A DNA stretch of 64,000 bases. It comes from Azolla caroliniana (taxonomy: Eukaryota; Plantae; Polypodiophyta). Within the stretch, counting starts at the first letter, position 1; each line of letters opens with the position of its first letter. The notes under the pieces were generated by a model. The model was not told the DNA's origin. It ran no database searches and was given only the letters and a program-made list of their open reading frames with translations. Below are positions 1 through 10,164 of the stretch, one piece after another. The stretch lies in contig JBHGNT010000012.1 of NCBI GenBank assembly GCA_043228905.1, positions 9,610,001 through 9,674,000 of the forward strand, given 5' to 3'. The position numbers were made by a program, and so were the translations under genes.

Positions 1-2900
1 CCTGTGGATAATAAGGGGTGCTTCGCTTGTGCACGACCACAGAAAATGTTGTTACATTTTCCACCACGTGGTCGAGGAAGTGTCCACCTTGGTCGCTGAT
101 TAATTCAATTGGACATCCATACCGGCACCAGTTGTACTCGTATAGGAACTTTGTCGTTAACGACGCAGTATTGTCACGTGGTGCCTTGGCTTCCACCCAT
201 TTGGTACAGTAATCCATGGTCACAATTATGTACCTGTTGCCGGTTTGCATTCACGGTGGCTTGAATGGTCCAACGAAGTCCAGCCCCCATTTCTAGAATG
301 GCTCTAGAGGTAGTACCTGTTGTTGCGGCATGCGTGCTTGTTCCGTTGGCTGGCCCATTCTTTGACATAGATCACATTCCTTTGTATATCGGGCCGAGTC
401 CTTTAGTGTCCTTGGTCACCATCAGCCACTCCGCCATATTTTCCTTGTCGTAGCTTCACCGGCATAATGTCCTCCGACGACCCCACAATGCACTTCCCAT
501 AAAATGGTGTCTTTTTCATCACTCCGGACCGATCGCCGTCATATGTCGTCCGCTCCTTTATGATACAGGGTATCCTGCACTAGACAAAAGTCTCGGCTTT
601 GCACCGCCAACTATTTACATTCAACCCGGTTCATCTCCTTTGGGGGTAGTTCGATATTTAAGAACTGGTGCATATTCGTTAGCCATTTGTCCTCGTCCAC
701 GATTGTCCCATCTACCATGGTTTCCACTGTAATTTTAAATAATGCGGCATCCGAAAATTCATCTTGAACACCGACACCGGTCTCTCCGGATTCTAATTGG
801 CTCAAGTAATCGGCAACCGCATGTTTCATACCCGGCCGGTGATAGATCTCAAAATCAAATTCTTGTAATAATAATGTCCACCAGGCTAGCTTGTCGGTGA
901 GTGATGCCTTCGAGATCAAGTATAAAAGCGTTGAATGGTCTACATGGAATGAAAACTTGCGGCCCAACAAATAATGTCGGTATTTGGTGACACTATATGT
1001 CATTCCTAGGGCTTCTCTTTCCGGAGTGGAATAATTTCGCTCCGGCTTTGACATCTTCAGGCTAGCATAGTACACCGGTCGGTACCACTTCGGTTTGGTA
1101 AATTGGATGAGGTACGCTTCTGATTGCGATATCCAACGCATCCACGAAGACATGGAACTCTTTTGACCAGTCCGGGGATTGTACCATTGGTGCTTGTGAT
1201 AGCATTACCTTGAGTGTGCGGTAAGCCTTATCCTCTTCATCCATCCAATTAAATAGTGTCCGGTGTACAACTGCGCGTAGTGGCGTGGCGAGGTCTGCCA
1301 AGTACCAGAGCATCCGGCTATGCCACCGGATCTGTCCTAAGAACTGGCTTAAAGCTTTGGCGGTCGTTGGTGCCAGCGCCTACAAAATAGCCTTGACCTC
1401 ATCTGGGTCCACGACAATCCCTTCCTTGCTAACAACATGACCCAGTAATGTGCCGCTGGTCACACCGAACAAACACTTTGCTGGGTTTAAGATTAACCAG
1501 TATCCTTTGCACTTTTCCAAGTGTAACCTAAGATGCTCGAGGTGTTCCCCTTTCCGACTGTGTACCGCAAAATCATCCAGGAATACCTGCATAAACGTCG
1601 GAATGAATTCTCCAAATACTTCCATAATAATCCTCTGAAAGGTTGTCAGCGCCGTCTTGAGTCTGAACATCATTACTACTTCTACAAAGACTCCCCATTC
1701 TGTCACGAACATCGTCTTTTCTTGATCGTTCGGATGCATCCTTATTTGGTTATATCTGCAGAAACCATCGTGAAAGCTATAAACCTCGTGCCCGACTACC
1801 GCATTTAAAACTCCATCCGTAAACGGAAGCGGAAATGCGTCAGTAACCGTTGCCGCGTTTAATTTCTGGTAATCCACGCAGACAGGGATGTTGTCGTTCT
1901 TCTTCAGCACTACAACAATTGGACTTAGCCAAGTGGCTTTCTTCACCGGCCAGCAGCTTGTCAATTTCCTCTTTTACTCTTGCCGTGTAGTTTAGGTTCA
2001 TCCGATAGCGTCATTGTGCCACCGGCTTAGTGTCCTTGCTGAGGTGAATCTGGTGTTGATAGAGTTGGGGATCAAGTCCCTGCATATCTTCGTAGGACCA
2101 GGCGAATACGTCCCGGAATTCTTTTAATAATGTTATCATTGACGATTTGTCTTCCGGTCACATCTCCTTAGCCAAGTGTACCGGACACGCTTCCTTTTCG
2201 GTGCCCAAATTTACTTCTTCTAGTTGGGACGCCTTTACTCGTTGGGATACCGGCATTTCCCGTTCCAAGGCCTCATGTGCTTGCCGTAGTTCCCAGAGTG
2301 CATCCTTATCCGGTTCCTCCCCGACCTCTTCCGTTTGCACCATGTATGGAGATACCGCTTTTGCCATGTCCTCTTCGAACATAGGGACTATCCTTGGGTT
2401 CTCTTCAAGGTAGTGATCCACCTCCTCATTGGCCACTCCTGTCATCATGTTCACGCTTTCGTCATATAGTGGGGTCACGTCTTTGCTGGGGCCAGCTTGC
2501 GGTTGCATGGGTACTCTTACTTTCTTTTTCCCTCTGCGGAACGTAATATTGTTTTTCTCCAAGTTCTGTTTGATATGGGCAGTCTTCAACCATGGTCGTC
2601 CTAGCACCAGTGGGTATGCCCCTTGTGCATTCAACTGGTGGACTACCGAAGGAATTCGGAAACCATGACCTCCGATCGTCATCTCCAAGTCGCGGATGAA
2701 GCCAGCAAGTCGGACTTAGCTGGTGTCCGCCATCCAGAGCCAGAATGGGCATGGTTCCCACTCCTGAATTCCCAAAGTGTCGCATGTCCGGAGGCTTATC
2801 ATGTTTACTCCTGATCCGCCATCGACTATCGTACTCGGTAGCTCCCGTCCTTTAATAATCGCAGTGATTGCAGGACTGCTGGTGTTCACCACTACCGGCG
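1..2900 (-). pseudogene. gypsy family A pol pseudogene (PR-RT-RNaseH-IN), running off the window
   Basis: ORFs 2158-2688, 1380-1964, 1062-1313 and 611-1153 carry RT/RH motifs in different frames. Confidence 0.88.
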
Positions 2901-4788
2901 CTTCCTCCTATTTTGAAAAGAATGCCGGAGCCGGTGCAAGACTTAATGGAGCCATTGCTGATTTCAACCCATCGGTGAAGCAGGGCACTAGTTGCAGTAA
3001 CTGGCCCAGTGGTAACGTTATTTGGCATTATTGAAGTGCTTTCCATGTGGGGTTCTTTTGTTGTGCCTTTATGGTGAGTTTCTCCACTGCATTCATGTGC
3101 TCTTTCATTTTTGTGACATTGCGTTTGTTGGCCTTTTCAATCCATTCGGTGGTCTGTTTTCGTATGCCCTCTTATGCTTCCCACTCCGCCGTCTTTCCTT
3201 ATGATCTAGTGGTGACTTGCTGTATATCCGCTACTTCTACTACCACCATATTGACTGTCGGCCATTTTTCGTTCTTTTTACCTAGGCATTGGTTGTTGTA
3301 ATGGTCCTCCTTGCAACAACAGTAGCCATATGCCTTCTAGGTATTGCTAGATTTTGCTTTTGTTTGGTACCCTATTGAAATCCGTTTACCGCTCGGTTAG
3401 GTTCTTCTATTCTTCTTTGTTCTGGTTGGGTGCCACTTTTGCATCTATCCGTATCCATTGGTACTCCTTTGGTGGCTCCCAACGATCCTCTTTCCGAAAG
3501 ATCCGTTTCTTAAGAAAGCGTTTGTTCTTGTAACCTTGCTGTTGCTTTTGATCTGGTGGTGACTTGTTGTATGTCCGCTACTTCTGCTACCACCATATTG
3601 ATCGTCGGCTGTTTTTCGTTCCTTTTAACCGGGAATTGGTTGTTGTAATGGCCCTCCTTGCGGCAATAGTAGCAATATGCCGTCCGGATATTACTAGATT
3701 TTGGTTTGTTTCGGTACCCTGTTGAAATCTGTTTACCGCTCGGTTAGGTTCTTCTGTTCTTCCTTGTTCCGGTTGGGCGCCACTTATGCCTCTATCCGGC
3801 TCTCTCCAGGCGATCCTCTTTCCGAAAGTTTCGTTCCTTAAGAAAGCGTATGTTCTTGTTACCCTACCGCTGCCAGTCTTCGTAGTTTTCTCGTTGGTCC
3901 TCCCTCCTCTAGTTGTAGCTTGGACAGTAGTCACGACCATACCGGTCATAAAGCATCCCTTCTCCGGTCGTAATCCAGTGAATAGTCCCGTTCATACTGA
4001 TCTCGATTGTGGCCTTCCCTACGTTGGTCGTCGCGATCGTGCCCATAGTCATCACATCTTCTCTCATTGTACCAATCCATTTTTTCTGGTCGGTATCAGT
4101 CCTCCCTATGGAACCGTTCATCGTCCGGTTCGTGACTGCAATATGGTTCAATGATCCTCATCGGTGTCGCAAGTCCGTTGAGTAGGTTGTATTCGCATCA
4201 GTCCGTTGTGTGTGCCCGTAAGTGATAGATCATACACTGCATCCTCATTGTGCAGTGTACTGTCGAATGGCCCGGGTGTACACATGTTGTGCATTGCAAC
4301 ACCTGGTGAAACCTGAGATCCTCTTGATTTGGAAGGGCCCTCTGGAGGGCTCCCATCGTCATCAGGGAGCTATGTTTATCCATTTCCAACACCCGATCAA
4401 TGACTTGATCTGTGCTGGCTCGGAAATCTAGTACCCCGCACATCATTCGGAGGGGTTCCCGTAGAGCGGCCAGAAACACCGCTTTGGCCTCTTCCTCCAG
4501 AGGTGCCCTTGTTAACTGGCTGTATACTGTTTGAAATCGGATAATAAATTGGGGCACTTTCTCCTGCTCCTCTTGGCAGGTTGTGTAAAACTGTCTGACT
4601 AGTTCGTGTTGTTCCAGTTGCCTATGGAATAGTCGGAGAAATTTTGTTTTCAAGGCCTTAAATGTGGCAAAGCTTCTGGGTAGGTGCTTTACGTGCCAGC
4701 GGGCCGCCGGTCCCTCTAATGTCATGCCGAATTCGGAAAATTTTGATCGTTCGGCTTGGAGTTTGGTCAGCCTTTGGGATACATGATT
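1650..4788 (+). repeat. 3139-bp direct repeat, copy 1 (left flank of the PLE)
   Basis: Begins cgccgtcttgagtctgaac and ends gggatacatgatt. Identical ORFs recur at a constant offset of 8515 bp. Confidence 0.95.
3195..3870. repeat. Diverged ~347-bp tandem duplication of the gag zinc-knuckle region (also present in copy 2, about 11710-12385)
   Basis: gatctagtggtgacttg at 3203 and gatctggtggtgacttg at 3550, with parallel downstream sequence. Only one unit is present in the 13423-15330 copy. Confidence 0.8.
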
Positions 4789-4799
4789 TTCCATATTAA

Positions 4800-5091
4800 T
4801 AGACTATATAATGTCTTATACGAGGAGTGCGGGCACGATACTTCTTTGGCTGTGATTAGTGTTATTTGGTTAACTATTTGAGGATTTTGGGTTTGAAGGT
4901 TTCGGGTATATGGGTTAAATGAGGTTTTTGGGTTAAATATCTTAAGGGTTTAGGGTTTTGTTCGGAGGGTTTAGGGCATATGGGTAAAATATCTGAGGGT
5001 TTAGGGTTTGGTAGACTATATGATGTATTGCACGAGGAAAGCGGGCACGATACTTATTTAGGCTACGACTAGTGTTATTAGGTTAACTATT
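4800..5091. repeat. Two diverged ~80-bp direct repeats (4800-4879 and 5012-5091), each followed by telomere-like tracts
   Basis: tagactata..atgt..acgagga..gcgggcacgatact..ggct..ga.tagtgttatt.ggttaactatt occurs twice. Confidence 0.85.
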
Positions 5092-5320
5092 CTTAGGGTT
5101 TATGGGTTTGTTCTGAGGGTTTAGGGTATATGGGTTAAAATATTCTGAGGGTTTAGGGTAGTGTGTGCAAAAGTAAAGGTATTAAGGATTGGTAGGTTTA
5201 GGGTTTTAGTGGTAAAGGGAGATATGTTTGGAGAGGTATGATGATGAGGGTATGGGTTGGCGGGGATATAATGTGTTAGGGTTATTAGTTTAGGGTTGCG
5301 GGTATTGGGTAGGTTAAAGA
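4880..5320 (+). repeat. Degenerate plant telomere-like repeats (TTTAGGG/GGGTTT) in the PLE 3' region
   Basis: Multiple agggtttagggt units (about 4945, 4966, 4997, 5117, 5148, 5195), C-rich on the element sense strand. Confidence 0.75.
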
Positions 5321-5460
5321 TTAAGGGAAAGAGGGGGGAGTGCCACGTTTTACTTAGTGGGAATGAAATAGCATATATATTATTGAAAGCACAACTAACC
5401 ACAACATAAAAACAATAGACACTTGAGAAGAAAATATATATTGATCAAATATATATTAAT

Positions 5461-5519
5461 ATGACCTATGTAGCAAACTAGTTTCGCTCATATATGGAGC
5501 TCATCAGTGCTTAGGTCAT
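5461..5519 (-). ncRNA. Minimal type I hammerhead ribozyme
   Basis: AUGACCUA-AGCA CUGAUGA GCUC(cauauau)GAGC GAAAC-ua-GUU/UGCU-aca-UAGGUCAU: complete core, stems I and II, and a palindromic minimal stem III. Predicted cut between 5476 and 5475. Confidence 0.9.
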
Positions 5520-5864
5520 TTTCGAGTACAAAGGTAAGTTTATATAGGTTTGTGGTAAGGGGGGTGTAAGATGAGTGGTGGACAAGAGTGATAAATGTGA
5601 AAAGAAGTGAGGAGTATGGGAGGGAGTGGTGTAACACGGTGATAAGGGGGCAAGATATGATTTTGTAAAGGGAGGGAGTGGGTATCATGAGTTTGATAGA
5701 GATAAGTGGGTAACTAGAGGGTATAATAATGGTGATAAGTGGGTGACCGGAGGGTATGATAAGTGAGGGGAGGGGTGTGTATATGTGTGTGATGGTGGCT
5801 AGTACGAGGTAAAGATGTGGGTGAAAAACGAGGGGAATACGAATTTAATAGTTATGGGGAATGA

Positions 5865-6240
5865 GGAGAGAGAGAGAGAGAGATAGAGAGAGAAATTTAA
5901 CTAATGAGAAGAGAGTGTGAAAAAAGGTGAGAAAAGAGAGAGGGAGAGAGAGAGAGAGAGAGAAAAGAAAAAAAAGAAAGAAAGAAAGAAGAGAGACGTA
6001 GAGAAAAGAAAAGGTAGAGAGGGAGAAAAAAGGAAAAGAAAAAAGAGGTGAGTTTTAGAGTGTAGAGAGGGAGAAAAGTAAAGGTAGAGAGAGAGGAAAA
6101 AGAAATGATTTAGAGAGGGAGAAAGGTAAAGGTAGAGAGAGAAAGAGAAGGGGAGGGAAGGAGGAGATAGAGATAGAGAAAGGGAAAGTTAAGAGAGAAG
6201 AAATGTGAAGGTAGAGAGGGAGAAGATAGGGGGAGATCCT
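5865..6240 (+). repeat. GA-rich low-complexity tract (polypyrimidine on the PLE sense strand, 3' UTR)
   Basis: (GA)n runs and gagaaaag repeats. Confidence 0.8.
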
Positions 6241-6301
6241 CACGTGGTAAATATAGGGAGATAAAACTTGTGGTTTAAAAAAATAAAAATATGGAGAGGA
6301 G

Positions 6302-8284
6302 TTAGTGTGGATCTATAGTAATGTTTTTTGTGTTGACTAGTGAAGAGTGTAGATTTTTAGATTTAGTCCAACAAATTATTGGTTTGGGGATGTGTTGTAG
6401 TAGAGGGTCTTCTTGGAGGTTTAAGTGTAGGCTAGTAAGGGTTTCTTTTATTCCTAGATTAGGGGCTTGGTGTGTGAATTTTAGTTTAAAGATTATGGGT
6501 GTGGGGGTTTGGTTAATGGTTTTGTTTGAGAGGAGAGTTGGTCTAAGGGAATAGGGGTGTTTTTTGAATATATTGAGGATAAAGTGTGTAGGGTATCCTC
6601 GTGCTCGTAGTCTCTTAAAAAATAGTTGTTGCATTTTTAAATAACCTTGGGCTGTACTTTCTCTAATAATGTATCTTTTAAGTTCGTTCGAGAGGAAGCT
6701 TTTTTTGACGTGGATAGGATGTGTCGAGGTGAAGGGTATGTATTGGTAAGTATTAAGTTCTTTTTGAAAACAATTAAAGTTGAAATTATTATTAGCGAGG
6801 TTTATCCAAAGGTCGAGAAAAGGAAGTTTAGTGAGAGAGGTTTGGATGGTCAGTTTAATGGAGTTTTGAGTGGTAATACTATAGAAATTTAGGTAGTCTA
6901 AGAGTTGTGTTTTCGTACCGGTCCATACACCAAAGGCATCGTCAATATATCTCGTGAAATAAAATAAATGGGGAGATGGGTTGGAATTCTCGAGGTATGA
7001 CAAAAAAAGGCAAGCATATACTACGGAAAAATTGCTTCCCATGGCTGTGCCTTTAATTTGTTGATAGATTTGGTTATTAAATTTAAGGAAGTGATATTCT
7101 AAGGTTAAGGCGCTGAGAGTATAGATGAGGTTGGCTTTTTGTTTTGAGAAATGGGGGGTAATTAGGTGTTTTAGGGCTAGTAGTCCTAGTTTTGGTGGAA
7201 TACTCGGGTAGAGGGATTCTACGTCAAATGAAAAGATGAAGCTATTGGGTGGTGTCGTAAGGTTTTCTAGGGATTGTACTAAGGAGAATGAGTCTCTAAG
7301 GTATTGTTTTTGTTGTAGGAGTATGGGGAGGAGTTGGTGGTGTAGCCACTTAGAAGTTTGTTCAAATAACGAACCGTTGTAAGAACAAATAGGCCTATAG
7401 CCAATGGGTTCTTTGTGTACTTTGGGTAGGAAGTACATGGTGGGGACTCGGTATTCGTTGGATGGTTTGTGTAAGATGAATTTTATTTCTATGAGGGAGA
7501 GGGTTCCTAGGTGTTGATTCATTAAGGTTTTTAATCTATGTAGGAGTTCTTCTAAGGGGAAGGTATCTACGGGTTTGTAAGTGGATGTATCGGATAGGTG
7601 AGCTAGGGCTTTATCTAGGTATGTTTGTTTGTTTAAGACACAAACACCTACATTTTTGTCTGCGGGGAGGATGATAATGTGTTTATTGCTTTTAAGGCTT
7701 TTTAAGGCTTGTAGTAGGTGTAGTGGAATGTGTTTAGTGGGTAGGTTTGTATTATGGAGTTTTATGGTGAGGAGATTAAGGTGTTTATGGAGTATGTCTT
7801 CTAACGGTGGGTATTGTGTAGGGGGGTTCCAAGAGGGGTTGGGTAGTTTAAAGGGGTTGTGTGGGGCGGAGGAGTCGTCTTGAAAGAAATGTCTAAGTCT
7901 AAGGGATCTACTAAGGTTATGGAATTCTTGAAGAATAGAAGTGGAGGTGGGGGGGGGGGAGGGAGGTATAAACTTAAGACCTAGGTTAAGAAGTTTAATT
8001 TCTGACTTGCTAAGGGTATGTGTAGAAAGGTTGTGGATTTTACTACTATGAGGGGGACTAAAGGGTGTTGTAAGGGGTTTCCAAAATTTATATCTAAGTT
8101 TCTTTTTACGTGTTTTTTTTGTATGTGGTCTAAAGGGGATTCTATGTGACATGTTACCTAGCCAATTAGAGGAATCTAGGGGGGTAGAGTTACTATTAAC
8201 AAAATACCACACACGTTTAGTTGGGTGTACGGCGTGTCTAAAACGTCGGTTTGATCTTTTAGCACGCCGTACTAAACGTTTTTT
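6302..8284 (-). CDS. PLE reverse transcriptase, no endonuclease domain; frame open from the predicted frameshift site at 8284 (first ATG at 8152)
   Basis: Motifs IHNLS..LLNLGLKFIP, ILPADKN, YFLPKVHK..YRPI, FDVESLYPSIP, GTAMGS, RYIDD, LPFLD, ST-HP..RGYP. Ends KPIICWTKSKNLHSSLV shortly before the stop, with no GIY-YIG. Confidence 0.92.
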   Translation of the reverse strand, partial: KKRLVRRAKRSNRRFRHAVHPTKRVWYFVNSNSTPLDSSNWLGNMSHRIPFRPHTKKTRKKKLRYKFWKPLTTPFSPPHSSKIHNLSTHTLSKSEIKLLNLGLKFIPPSPPPTSTSILQEFHNLSRSLRLRHFFQDDSSAPHNPFKLPNPSWNPPTQYPPLEDILHKHLNLLTIKLHNTNLPTKHIPLHLLQALKSLKSNKHIIILPADKNVGVCVLNKQTYLDKALAHLSDTSTYKPVDTFPLEELLHRLKTLMNQHLGTLSLIEIKFILHKPSNEYRVPTMYFLPKVHKEPIGYRPICSYNGSLFEQTSKWLHHQLLPILLQQKQYLRDSFSLVQSLENLTTPPNSFIFSFDVESLYPSIPPKLGLLALKHLITPHFSKQKANLIYTLSALTLEYHFLKFNNQIYQQIKGTAMGSNFSVVYACLFLSYLENSNPSPHLFYFTRYIDDAFGVWTGTKTQLLDYLNFYSITTQNSIKLTIQTSLTKLPFLDLWINLANNNFNFNCFQKELNTYQYIPFTSTHPIHVKKSFLSNELKRYIIRESTAQGYLKMQQLFFKRLRARGYPTHFILNIFKKHPYSLRPTLLSNKTINQTPTPIIFKLKFTHQAPNLGIKETLTSLHLNLQEDPLLQHIPKPIICWTKSKNLHSSLVNTKNITIDPH
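8213..8284 (-). promoter_or_regulatory. Predicted -1 ribosomal frameshift signal (A AAA AAC plus stem-loop)
   Basis: Minus strand reads CCA AAA AAC GTT TAG, followed by a stem GTACGGCGTG-CTAAAA / TTTTAG-A-CACGCCGTAC. The -1 frame is open and continuous with RT. Confidence 0.78.
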
Positions 8285-9001
8285 GGCCGGTGGAGGTTGT
8301 GAGTGGTGGGAAGTGTGATGTGAGAAGAATACATAGGGGATTTAGGGTGACTAGTTGAGGGGTGGATACAACTTGTGGATGGTTTGGTAGAGGTGGTGTA
8401 GGGAGGATGTTGGGTATGGGTTGATTGGGTGTAGTGGTTAGGGATGTAGGGGTTAAGAGAGGTGTATGAGGGGTTGGGGAAGGCTAAGGGTATTTGGGAA
8501 AATAGGGGAGGGTTTATGTTGTGATTGTGGGTAGTTTCTTTAAACCAAGGGGGGCTTAGTGTGTGTGAATAGTTGTGAGAGGGGGGGGTAGGAAAGGTAT
8601 TTCTAGAATTATTAGGAGGAGTATAAAAAGAAAACGAAAGAGAAGGAGAGTTAGGGGTAGGGTGAGCGTTAGGATTTACACAGTGGGTATGGGTAGGAGG
8701 GTAAGGATGAGTATTGTTTTGGGGTTGAAGGTCTTCGGGGGAGGGATACAAGGGGGGAGCGATGAAGCTGAATGGGGTGTGTTGGGGCTGGTGGTGAATC
8801 TGATGATAGGTATCTCGCGAATGGTGGAGTGGTGTGTCCTCCTCAAGTGGCGGCTGGAGCTGATAATTGGTGGTGGTTATGTTATTAATTGCCGTCTCGT
8901 ATGTTGTCCGAGAGGGAGGTTGATGTTGGAGAGGGTGAGAAAACGGTGGGGGTCGAGGCGTCGGCAGAAGAGGCTGCTGTAATTTGCAGGGCTGGTCGCA
9001 T

Positions 9002-9034
<33 letters not shown>

Positions 9035-10164
9035 TGCGGCTGAAGATCATTGTTGGGTTGGCGTTGATTTATATGTTGATGTCGATGCTGATATGAGTGC
9101 ATTTGGTGTTCTCTTTCCGTCATATATCTCCAGGGCTCGTGGTGTTGCGGTTGCGGCGGCGGCGGCGGCGGCGGCTGAAAACCATTGTTAGGTTGGCCTC
9201 GGTTTTGATGCCGGTAAAGGTATACTTGTTGTTTGTTTTCAGGAGGAAATGGAGAGGAGAAGCTATGGATAGTGTTTGCTTTGGGCTGAAATGGGGCGGA
9301 AGGTATATGGCGGAGTTGCATTCGTTGGAGAAGTTCGGGTTCGTTGAAACCAATAAATTTAACTATTGGTTCGTATTGATTGGAATCTAAATTATGGCGC
9401 GGGGTAATTTCGTGTGTTGTTATGTTATAAGTGTAGAATTTTGGTCGAGGCTTGGATGGTGGTAATGGTGGCGGCGGCGGTGGTCGAAGAGGGTGTTGTT
9501 GGCGGCGCTGGTGCGGTTGTTGTGAAGGGCCGAAAGGGCGTGTGTATTTTACAGATTTTGGGTGGGGTTTAGGGTTTAGATTCTTAGTGAGATTGGGTTT
9601 GGGTTTCAGGTTAGGGTTATGGTTCGGTTTTGGGTTATGGTTAGGGTTAGGTTTCGGTTTAGAGTTAGGGTTAGGATTCCTATTAGAGTTTGTTTTAGGG
9701 TTGGGTTTAGTATGGTTGGGAGTAGGGTAAGGATTTTGTTTACAAGGATTACGGTGGGATTTGTGGTTAGATGTTATGTTGGGATTAAAGTTATTGTTTT
9801 TCGGGGTAGATTTAGGGATGGGGAGAGGGTTAGGGTTTGATTTTGGGATAGGGTTAGAGTTAATGTTAATAATTACATCAAGGTGAGGATTGGATGTGGG
9901 GTCAAAGTGTAAACTTTTTTTGTTTTTGGTGATAATGGCTCGGGATGTTTGTGGGTTAGGATTTTGTTCTATAAGCTCCTCGTTTGTATCTAGATCTATT
10001 GGGAGATCTTCTATTTCGTTATCTAATTCAACATTTATATTATCAAAATCATGTGTATTATGGAGTATATCCGAGTGTTGTAACTCTCTATTGTTATTTC
10101 TAATTGTGATTGAAGTTGTTTTGAGTGTATTATTGATGTTGTTAGTAACACCAAACTCTTGGCA
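8272..10164 (-). CDS. PLE ORF1, Pro/Asn/His/Gln-rich low-complexity protein, 5'-truncated
   Basis: About 630 uninterrupted codons with poly-Pro and (NP/KP)n tracts. The frame continues upstream only into the flanking gypsy RT fragment. Confidence 0.75.

Larger units (their letters stand above)
4789..10164 (-). mobile_element. Endonuclease-deficient Penelope-like retroelement (Athena/Coprina-type architecture), 5'-truncated
   Basis: PLE-type RT without GIY-YIG, upstream low-complexity ORF1, hammerhead ribozyme, telomere-like repeats, and strong A/C bias on the sense strand. Sharp junctions with the gypsy host. Confidence 0.9.

Noticed and set aside
4800-5091. 80-bp boxes as HDV-like or twister ribozymes (UCCUCG and UAACACU words on the minus strand)
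   Set aside because: The required P1/P2 pairings and the remaining core residues could not be built by eye. Kept only as an unexplained conserved box.
4880-5320. True telomere or chromosome-fusion site
   Set aside because: The repeats are short, degenerate and single-orientation, and lie inside the PLE insertion.
8575-9840. Plus-strand ORFs with poly-Arg/Ala/Gly and VRVR tracts
   Set aside because: These are antisense shadows of the low-complexity PLE ORF1.
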